12,232 nt of DNA from Fibrobacterota bacterium (GTDB taxonomy: Bacteria > Fibrobacterota > Fibrobacteria > UBA11236). The first letter of the stretch is position 1; every line of letters begins with the position of its first letter. The notes beneath the pieces are model-generated. The model saw nothing but the letters and a program-made list of their open reading frames with translations, made no database searches and was not told the DNA's origin. Location: the NCBI GenBank assembly GCA_043753995.1, contig JAYUVP010000013.1:1-12232 (forward strand), read 5' to 3'. Shown here piece after piece: positions 1 to 6,712 of this stretch. The position numbers and the translations under genes are program-made.

Positions 1-1840
1 CTTCTTTGGCGACATAAACCAAGCCTTGGCCAGACCGAAGCGATTTGCCCTTCATCTGATTCCAGCGAATCAAATCCTTTTGGTCAACCCCCAGGGTACG
101 GCTCAAGCCAAATAGGGTCTCCCCTTTTTGCACCACGTGATATCGCTTTTGGCCTGGCGGAAGGGTTTCATCGTCTTCACGTTCTGCGGCCACTCGACTC
201 TTGGGTGGGGATTGGGATAGACGAAGGATTTGACCCGCAAAAATTTTGTCTTTGCGGGAAAGGCTATTTAAAGCCCGCAGTTTATCCATGGTGGTGCCGA
301 AGCGTCGGGCAATATCGAAAAGGTTGTCTCCTCGTCGCACTCGATAAGTCATTTCCAGATGCCGCTTCGGCGGGGTTTGCGCTTCACGCAAGACTTCCGC
401 TTCCAACTCCCCCGTTCCGCCAGCAGCGGGTACAGGAATGATTAAGGTCTGACCGATATGCAGGCGATGGCTTTTCAGGCGATTCACGGATTTCAAAGCT
501 TCCAGGGAAACACCATAGCGACCCGCAATACCACCCAAGTTGTCGCCCCGAGCCACCTGATGCTGTTTCCAGGACATCAATTTTTTTTTGTCCATAGCGG
601 CATACGCGGAGACAAAAGCTTCGCGCGTGCCGACAGGTAAATAGAGCACATGGCTTTTTCGATTAGGCGGCGTGCACCATCGACGCAAGGATGGATTCAA
701 ATCCATGATGTCTTCGTCACTGGCTTTAACCGCCTGGGCAATGTCTTTCAGGGGAAGGCAATCCGAAATAGTGATGGTATCGAAGGCCAAGGGAGCTTGC
801 GGGTCGTCCAGGACAAAGCCAAAGCGCTCGGGCTCATGCCCAAGAATCATGGCTGCCAAGATTTTAGGCACATAAAAACGGGTTTCACTTGGCAAATTCA
901 TTTGCCAATAGGTGAGGCTTGAGTCCCGCCTCAATTCTCGGCGCACACGATTTTCACCGCAATTGTAGGAGGCCATGGCCATTTGCCAATCGCCGAATTC
1001 CTTAAACAAGGTTTGTAAATAGGAAAGGGCGGCATCCGTTGAAGCCACGATATCGCGACGGGGGTCTATCCAGTAATCGTCCATTAAACCATAACGGCGT
1101 CCGGTGCCGCTGATGAATTGCCACATACCGGCCGCCCGCGCATGCGAATAGGCCCGCGGATTGAGGCCGCTTTCCACCATGGCGAGATAGAATAGGTCCT
1201 TTGGCATGCCCCGCGCGTCAAGACGCTCGCGTACAAAGGCTTCATAGCGAGACTTGCGATTGAGCCAGCGGTTAAAAACCTTACGACCAGGACCCGTGAA
1301 ATAAGCCATGGCCTGTTGCACCCTGCCAGGTATGGGTTTGGGCAAAGGCAAATCATAGAGCGAATAGTCGAGGCTATTGGACAGGGAGTCGAAGGCATGG
1401 GAGGACGAATCGCTCGATTCCCCCATATCCGCATCGGTCAAATCCGTGACTGGATTCAGCTCTTCGACCTCGCCGCTGACCCCCGCCACCTGGAGCATGA
1501 GCACCTGTACAGTGTCTTTGAGCGCCTTGGTAGCAATGCGCGAAGCGGCATCCAAGGTGTCGGCGGAATCCAAAACCATCAATTGCGACATGGCGCTATC
1601 GAGGTTTTCTCCGGCTTCAAACCAGAGGGAGTCGTTGAGGCAGTCCATGCCCGCATTGAGGTAATCGGCGGCGCGTTGCAAAGCCGCACGCTCCCAGCCC
1701 GGAGGCATGGCATTGGCTTTTTGGGCCGCGCCATCGGATTTCGGGGCATGGCCAGCACAACCGCCAACAATACACAAAGCGCCGATTCCGATAAGAATCA
1801 GCGCAAGTGTGAGTGGTTTTAGGTGCTCGCGCAAAACCAT
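1..1840 (-). CDS. mltD: MltD-like membrane-bound lytic murein transglycosylase (SLT domain plus at least 3 LysM repeats), probable lipoprotein; 3' end lies outside the window
   Basis: Translated by hand (not in the ORF track); open from ATG 1840 to the window edge. N-terminus MVLREHLKPLTLALILIGIGALCIVGGC has a lipobox-like Cys28. SLT motifs: YLAMVESGLNPRAYSHARAAGMWQFISGTGRRYGL (catalytic Glu codon 1172-1174), AMASYNCGE, LPSETRFYVPKILA. LysM repeats: HQVARGDNLGGIAGRYGVS, YRVRRGDNLFDIARRFGTT, HVVQKGETLFGLSRTLGVD. Confidence 0.93.
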   Translation of the reverse strand, partial: MVLREHLKPLTLALILIGIGALCIVGGCAGHAPKSDGAAQKANAMPPGWERAALQRAADYLNAGMDCLNDSLWFEAGENLDSAMSQLMVLDSADTLDAASRIATKALKDTVQVLMLQVAGVSGEVEELNPVTDLTDADMGESSDSSSHAFDSLSNSLDYSLYDLPLPKPIPGRVQQAMAYFTGPGRKVFNRWLNRKSRYEAFVRERLDARGMPKDLFYLAMVESGLNPRAYSHARAAGMWQFISGTGRRYGLMDDYWIDPRRDIVASTDAALSYLQTLFKEFGDWQMAMASYNCGENRVRRELRRDSSLTYWQMNLPSETRFYVPKILAAMILGHEPERFGFVLDDPQAPLAFDTITISDCLPLKDIAQAVKASDEDIMDLNPSLRRWCTPPNRKSHVLYLPVGTREAFVSAYAAMDKKKLMSWKQHQVARGDNLGGIAGRYGVSLEALKSVNRLKSHRLHIGQTLIIPVPAAGGTGELEAEVLREAQTPPKRHLEMTYRVRRGDNLFDIARRFGTTMDKLRALNSLSRKDKIFAGQILRLSQSPPKSRVAAEREDDETLPPGQKRYHVVQKGETLFGLSRTLGVDQKDLIRWNQMKGKSLRSGQGLVYVAKE

Positions 1841-1874
1841 CACTGGCCCGCGAGCCAAGGACTCAAACCGGCCA

Positions 1875-2087
1875 TTATTCCTCGAAATCGAGGTCCTCGG
1901 CATAATCATTCCACATATCCGACTTTTTGAACTTGGGATTGTCGAAATCGACTTCCTCATTCTCATCGTCATTGGCATCGTCGTCTTCGGCATTCTCATC
2001 TTCCGATTCGAATGGTTCCAAATCGTCGAAATCATCCTGTTTAGGACGCCGTCCACAATACCATGTCTTGTCTTGCTTAGAAGCCAT
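1875..2087 (-). CDS. Small, highly acidic hypothetical protein (70 aa)
   Basis: ATG at 2087 is preceded by a perfect AGGAGG (2093-2098, 5-nt spacer) and a promoter. Sequence MASKQDKTWYCGRRPKQDDFDDLEPFESEDENAEDDDANDDENEEVDFDNPKFKKSDMWNDYAEDLDFEE, 28/70 residues D/E. The longer 2285 start in the ORF track overlaps the upstream gene and promoter and is unlikely. Confidence 0.75.
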   Translation of the reverse strand: MASKQDKTWYCGRRPKQDDFDDLEPFESEDENAEDDDANDDENEEVDFDNPKFKKSDMWNDYAEDLDFEE

Positions 2088-2106
2088 CGGGCCCTCCTGG
2101 ACCTTC

Positions 2107-2122
2107 GCAGAAGTCGAGCCAA
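2107..2122 (-). promoter_or_regulatory. Candidate sigma-54 -24/-12 element
   Basis: Minus strand TTGGCTCGACTTCTGC: GG (2120-2119) N10 GC (2108-2107), close to consensus YTGGCACG-N4-TTGC. The predicted start (~2095) would fall inside the Shine-Dalgarno, which weakens the call. Confidence 0.35.
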
Positions 2123-2149
2123 ATATATCTTGGACCTCCCCATTGTCAA
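2122..2149 (-). promoter_or_regulatory. Sigma-70-type promoter for the acidic protein / mltD unit
   Basis: Minus strand TTGACA (2149-2144, perfect -35), 16-nt spacer, TATATT (2127-2122, 5/6 match to -10); intergenic and correctly placed upstream of the RBS. Confidence 0.7.
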
Positions 2150-2183
2150 GCATTTCCGCCCAATTAGGCAAGGTCTTTTCACG

Positions 2184-2213
2184 AAGAAAAGAGATTGGGG
2201 CTGAAATAACCCC
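2184..2213 (-). terminator. Weak candidate intrinsic terminator of the upstream operon
   Basis: Just after the stop at 2221: GGGGTT-ATTTC-AGCCCC hairpin (one G-U pair) followed by AATCTCTTTTCTT; the U-tract is not adjacent to the stem. Confidence 0.3.
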
Positions 2214-2220
2214 GCCGAAA

Positions 2221-3765
2221 TCAGTCGCGGCTCTTAAAATCCAATGGAAAAGAAACCGGAATATCGGCAGTTTCTCCTGGATCACCGCGGAAACGCCACC
2301 GTTTCACATTCTGTAGAACGTCCGCAACAAAGGCAGGATGCTCGATGCTGCTTTTTTCGGAAACCGTTTTGGCGTCCCGCACCGCGCCGTCGGGACCAAT
2401 CACCAGGCGTACCATCAGCCGGCCATCGAAGGGCTCCCCTTTACGCAACCATTTCTGAAAAAGAAATTCCAATTCGCCTCGATTGCTTTCTAGGGTGGCA
2501 ATGATGGCTTCCCGACGCAGGGGATCGGCCTTGATACGCGTGGCCATACGCCTCTGCTCAGGAATTTTTCGCAGAGCCGCCTTTAAGCTTCCAGCTTGAT
2601 CTTGAGCGCTGTCGGCGCGCTTGAGAGCGGCCAATGGAACGGTGCCGTCCGGCGATTTCTCCAAACTGTCCGAAGTCATGACGATTCGCCCTGAATCGGC
2701 TCGCAGGGCCTGACGTCTTTGCATTCCGGAGACACGGGATTTGGTTTGTTCGGTCGATTTCAAGGCATTGATGAATTGAAAATCCTGATACTTCTGCAAC
2801 TGTAGCAGCGCCGCTTTTTCCAAATCCGCGTCATTCTGGTAAAATTTGCCAAGAACATAGAGGCGACGATTGGCTTGCTTGGCTGAATTGGAATTGGGCG
2901 CCTCACCGACGATAGAGCGATAGGTCGCCACGGCATCGCTGTCTTGTCCCATTTCCTCTTGTGCCCGGCCAAACCAATACCGCACTTCCAACTTTTGTGC
3001 CGACGTGGTTTTGCCGTCGCTGAGGACTTGATTGAAAAGATTCATGGCTTCGATGGTACTGCCCAGTCGAAAGAGGCGCTTGCCCTGCTCCAAAGGCCCC
3101 AAGGATTGTTGATGGGCCAAGCGCAACTCGGTTTCCATCCCCTTGAGTATGTCTATCATGCGCAGGGCGACGCGATTTTCGTCGGTGCCAGAAATCAAAT
3201 TGGAAATCGATTGAAAATCCTTTCGGGCACCCGCCAAGTCGCCCAGCAGGCTGAGGCAAAAGCCGCGATGTAAACGCATGGTCGCCGCGGTTTGACTGGA
3301 GAGCTCGCCGCCATCCAGGGCATGGGAATAAATTCCGACGGCTTGGGTGTATTTGCGCCCTCGCTCATAGAAATACCCGAGCTCCAAGTCGCGGCGAGTG
3401 CCGTCGGGAATATCGTAGATATGTTCTGACTTGCCTAATATGAAGCGAACGCCCTTGAGGAGCCAGATTATGACCTTCTCCTGCAGGGTCGGCGCCTGAA
3501 TGCTTTCGGTTTGCCCCTTGGCCTCCGGAGCATTAACCATGGCTTGGAGCCGCAATTCCAAGGCCGTTTCATCCTCTTCGGGCATAGACCCACGCTGGCG
3601 AATCATTTCATAGCGGGCCAGCATGCTCAGAGCTGACGTATTGTTATAACTCTGCGAAAGCGCCGCCATGGCACGCGCCATTTCCTTCATTCGGAATTCG
3701 ATAACGGCTTGATTGGTCCAAATGGAAAAGGAAAGCAAGGCACCAATGATGATGAGTGGGCGCAC
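2221..3765 (-). CDS. Membrane-anchored or exported TPR protein with C-terminal TonB_C-like (AgmX/PglI-type) domain
   Basis: 514-aa ORF. Hydrophobic N-terminus (PLIIIGALLSFSIW); TPR-like helices (LELGYFYERGRKYTQAVGIYSHAL, LHRGFCLSLLGDLAGARKDF, RYWFGRAQEEMGQDSDAVATYRSIV); C-terminal GRLMVRLVIGPDGAVRDAKTV...VLQNVKRWRF...VSFPLDF typical of the TonB C-terminal fold (~2224-2520). The GTG start has a weak RBS and is uncertain. Confidence 0.8.
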   Translation of the reverse strand: MRPLIIIGALLSFSIWTNQAVIEFRMKEMARAMAALSQSYNNTSALSMLARYEMIRQRGSMPEEDETALELRLQAMVNAPEAKGQTESIQAPTLQEKVIIWLLKGVRFILGKSEHIYDIPDGTRRDLELGYFYERGRKYTQAVGIYSHALDGGELSSQTAATMRLHRGFCLSLLGDLAGARKDFQSISNLISGTDENRVALRMIDILKGMETELRLAHQQSLGPLEQGKRLFRLGSTIEAMNLFNQVLSDGKTTSAQKLEVRYWFGRAQEEMGQDSDAVATYRSIVGEAPNSNSAKQANRRLYVLGKFYQNDADLEKAALLQLQKYQDFQFINALKSTEQTKSRVSGMQRRQALRADSGRIVMTSDSLEKSPDGTVPLAALKRADSAQDQAGSLKAALRKIPEQRRMATRIKADPLRREAIIATLESNRGELEFLFQKWLRKGEPFDGRLMVRLVIGPDGAVRDAKTVSEKSSIEHPAFVADVLQNVKRWRFRGDPGETADIPVSFPLDFKSRD

Positions 3766-3823
3766 CGCGTAAAAAAACTCGGAGGCGCCGCCGCGGCTGG
3801 GAACGTTTGCGTTCAGCCGTTCT

Positions 3824-5125
3824 TCAATTGGTGCGCTTGTCGATTCCGTAGCAGCTGCCCTCGGTTTTCTTGACCTTTTTCTTCATTTCCGCAGCGATTT
3901 GAACAATCATGCGATGATCCGTGATTGGCTTATAGTGATTGCTCGCTACAGCCAAAGAAATGGACATGAGCGGGAAACGCATGCGTCGCCCCTGGCGATC
4001 AATAGAATCGATGAAGCCTTGCTTAGCGTCGGCCTCATTGTAAAACTGCTTGACCCCAGCGTCGAAACTCGAAATGATGCCCTTGCAAAGGCCTTCCCAA
4101 TTATCGAAAGGCGTGACAATGACGAAATCATCGCCGCCTTCATGGCCCACAAAGGTGTCCGCATTACCGAATTTCCGGGCGGAATCGAGAAAGGCGTCGC
4201 GAGTATAAAGAATGGCATCATCCCCTTTAGTGAAGCCGTATTTGTCGTTATAAGCCTTGAAATTATCCAAGTCACCGTAGATCACTGCGAACTCACGCTG
4301 CGCAGATATCATGTCATCGATATGCCGAATAATGACATTGTTTCCCGGCAATCCAGACAGGGGATTACTCCCTTTGGCCTCTTCGCGAATGCGCACCAGG
4401 TTGAGCAACATTTCATTGAATGAATTTGCCAATAGGCCGATTTCATCATCTTGCTTGATGTCTATGGTTTGATTGAATTCGCCCACGGAAATACGATGGG
4501 TGGCATCTTCTAACTTGGCCAAGGGATTGATGATAATGCCCCGCAAGAAAAGCACGAAGGCAATTTGCAAAGCAATGATGACCGCAGTCACGAAAAGGCA
4601 GAGTCGCAATAGCACGCGGCGATCAGCCTCCAGGGTCGCAATGGAAAGCCTCACGCGCGCGATAACCACTTCCCCTGAGGCTAGGGCCTGTGGCAAATAC
4701 AGATCGATGCGATGGTCTTCAAAACGCAAATCATGGAAAAAAGGTTTGCCTTCCAATTCCAGTTTGGCCACAGCGCGATTGAGCAAAAGCTTTTCGTCGT
4801 CTTTCAGGGGGCTGCCTTGGCCAAAAAGCCTTTTCCCCCCTTCCAAAAAAACCTCAGCGCCGGGCAATCCCTCTTTTTTCACCAGGGAGTCCAGTTTTTT
4901 CCAAGGGCCCTGCGAGCCTTCCGCCCCCACGGTGCCCGCCAATAGGGACATGGTGCGCGACAACTTGACGCTTTGATTTTCAGCTATCAACTGCTGATTG
5001 CGAATGATGAGGTCGCTTTGATTTTCCCAAATGATGAAATTGAAAACCGAGGCCAGCACCACCGTCAATATGATGCTGAGAACGGCGGTCTTGTAGGAAA
5101 GTGAGTTGCGGCGTATGCGTAGCAA
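3824..5125 (-). CDS. Membrane-bound HAMP + GGDEF-domain protein (GGDDF-type diguanylate cyclase)
   Basis: Two TM helices (AVLSIILTVVLASVFNFIIW; LCLFVTAVIIALQIAFVLFL), HAMP (NPLAKLEDATHRISVGEF...DDEIGLLANSFNEM), GGDEF motifs NPLSGLPGN, YGDLDNFKAYNDKYGFTKGD, GHEGGDDFV, SISLAV. TTG start just after GAGGT. Confidence 0.92.
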   Translation of the reverse strand: MLRIRRNSLSYKTAVLSIILTVVLASVFNFIIWENQSDLIIRNQQLIAENQSVKLSRTMSLLAGTVGAEGSQGPWKKLDSLVKKEGLPGAEVFLEGGKRLFGQGSPLKDDEKLLLNRAVAKLELEGKPFFHDLRFEDHRIDLYLPQALASGEVVIARVRLSIATLEADRRVLLRLCLFVTAVIIALQIAFVLFLRGIIINPLAKLEDATHRISVGEFNQTIDIKQDDEIGLLANSFNEMLLNLVRIREEAKGSNPLSGLPGNNVIIRHIDDMISAQREFAVIYGDLDNFKAYNDKYGFTKGDDAILYTRDAFLDSARKFGNADTFVGHEGGDDFVIVTPFDNWEGLCKGIISSFDAGVKQFYNEADAKQGFIDSIDRQGRRMRFPLMSISLAVASNHYKPITDHRMIVQIAAEMKKKVKKTEGSCYGIDKRTN

Positions 5126-5131
5126 GCGACC

Positions 5132-6712
5132 TCAAGCGGATCTTTGTTGCCGACGGTCCTGGCCAAAGATTGCCTGAAGTGTATGGAACAAATCGTTGAG
5201 ATTGCAAGGCTTTTCCAAAAGGGTATAGCCTAGAAGCTTTCGGGTTTCCTTTTCCGCTGGTTTCATGTCCTGATGCACCAAAATGGCCGAACGCCTCTCG
5301 GTGCTCATGCTCCCCAGGGCCAGGAGGTGATAATCGTGTCCAAGGGCGCCCAGATGGGACGGCTCATTGATAAGGATCAAATCCGAGGGCGGCAAAGCAA
5401 TGGAATTCCATGTCTCGGGAGTCGAAGCCAGGAATTGGAAATCAAGGTCGCTTCCTTCTTCCAGGCCCAGGCTGGATAAATCAGGAATGTCATGAGCCAA
5501 ATCCAAAATCAGGACTTTACGTCGAACTTGCCTTAAAGCCCCCGAGCGGCGTTTTTCAATGGGCAAATGCACGACGAAAACCGAACCACGATGTCGCGTC
5601 GATTCGACGAAAATCCGTCCGCCATGCAATTCCACGAAGGACTTGCTGATGGCAAGGCCCAGGCCATGTCCCTTGCCTGACATCACACTACCCGAGGCGG
5701 TATTGAAGCGATCGAAAATCGAGTCCAAGTCTTGAGGGGAAATGCCAGGACCCGTGTCTTGAATGGAAAACACCAGAGTATTGTTTTGCTTCAGGGTGCG
5801 CAAACTGATGCGCCCCCCATTGCGGGTGAATTTGATGGCATTGCCCAGGAGATTGCTGAGAATGCGGCTCACTTTTTGAATGTCGAGATACATGTCCGGG
5901 ATGGGCTCGAATACCGATTCGACGGAGATGTTTTTGCTGTCGGCCAATCCCTTAAGCGATGCCGCGGTGGTTTCAACTTCACGTTGAAAGCTCGCCTTTT
6001 CCAATTTCAGGGACAATTTGCCAGCTTCAATTTTTGCTGAGTCAAGCAAATCGGTGACCATGTCGATCATGAATTGGCAACTGCGGTGTATGGTGCGAAT
6101 CGGCTCCAGCTGGGTTTGCTGCAAATTGCCTAAGACGCCTTCCATCAATAATTCGGCATAGCAAATCATGGCCGAAAGGGGTCCACGCAAATCATGGACA
6201 GCCATATACAGGAAGTTTTGCTGATTCTCGATATGGCCATTGAGGCTTGCTAGGCGGGCGCGAAGCCGGTGGTTCAGGATTTGTTCGGTGAGCACCCGGG
6301 AACGGGTGCGGAGCATGGACCACAACCGGTTTTGCAAAACATCCAGGGCGTCTTCGCCAGCATGAACGAAGGCGAAGCCTCGTTCATAAAGCTGGACTCT
6401 TTCACGATCGGAAATATCCGCCGCGGATACGATGACCGAACTTTGCAATAAGAACTGGGCGTCAGGGTCAGTGGCTAAGGCCGATGCCGCGAAGTCCTCT
6501 GCGCGCTGCTTAGGAATGATCCAGACATGCAAAGCATCCTTAGGCAAGTCGAAAGTCGGCGGAATCTCTTCTTCGAGTGCGGGAAAATCGGCTAAGGCGG
6601 TGCGGAGGCGCCCCGCCAAGGCGGCATCACCGGCAATGAAGCGCAGGCGTGGTGGTGCCAGCGCGCCAATTCCTTGGCCTTCAGGGCCGACATTTCCACT
6701 CGGGGTGATCAC
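5132..6712 (-). CDS. Cytoplasmic sensor histidine kinase (HisKA + HATPase_c) with degenerate receiver-like domains at both ends
   Basis: H-box MAVHDLRGPL, N-box NLLGNAIKFT, G1 DTGPGIS, F-box IFDRF, G2 GHGLGLAISK. Start placed at GTG 6712 because it forms a GTGA overlap with the upstream stop (6709-6711); the 6805 start would overlap that gene by 97 nt. Confidence 0.9.
   Translation of the reverse strand: MITPSGNVGPEGQGIGALAPPRLRFIAGDAALAGRLRTALADFPALEEEIPPTFDLPKDALHVWIIPKQRAEDFAASALATDPDAQFLLQSSVIVSAADISDRERVQLYERGFAFVHAGEDALDVLQNRLWSMLRTRSRVLTEQILNHRLRARLASLNGHIENQQNFLYMAVHDLRGPLSAMICYAELLMEGVLGNLQQTQLEPIRTIHRSCQFMIDMVTDLLDSAKIEAGKLSLKLEKASFQREVETTAASLKGLADSKNISVESVFEPIPDMYLDIQKVSRILSNLLGNAIKFTRNGGRISLRTLKQNNTLVFSIQDTGPGISPQDLDSIFDRFNTASGSVMSGKGHGLGLAISKSFVELHGGRIFVESTRHRGSVFVVHLPIEKRRSGALRQVRRKVLILDLAHDIPDLSSLGLEEGSDLDFQFLASTPETWNSIALPPSDLILINEPSHLGALGHDYHLLALGSMSTERRSAILVHQDMKPAEKETRKLLGYTLLEKPCNLNDLFHTLQAIFGQDRRQQRSA

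Noticed and set aside
581..589. T9 homopolymer in mltD as a phase-variation tract
   Set aside because: In frame, encodes KKK; no evidence of length variation from a single sequence.
2088..2285. N-terminal extension of the acidic ORF (136-aa version)
   Set aside because: Overlaps the upstream gene and the promoter; the strong SD points to ATG 2087.
3771..3800. GC-rich stretch followed by T7 (minus strand) as an attenuator before the TPR-TonB_C gene
   Set aside because: No convincing stem with an adequate loop next to the U-tract.
4215..4260. Possible Hypr (3',3'-cGAMP-forming) GGDEF
   Set aside because: The specificity position retains Asp (NDKYGFTKGD), not the Ser of Hypr enzymes.
4831..4900. 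Cluster of 6-7 nt homopolymers in the cyclase periplasmic region
   Set aside because: Frame intact and the runs are too short to indicate a contingency locus.
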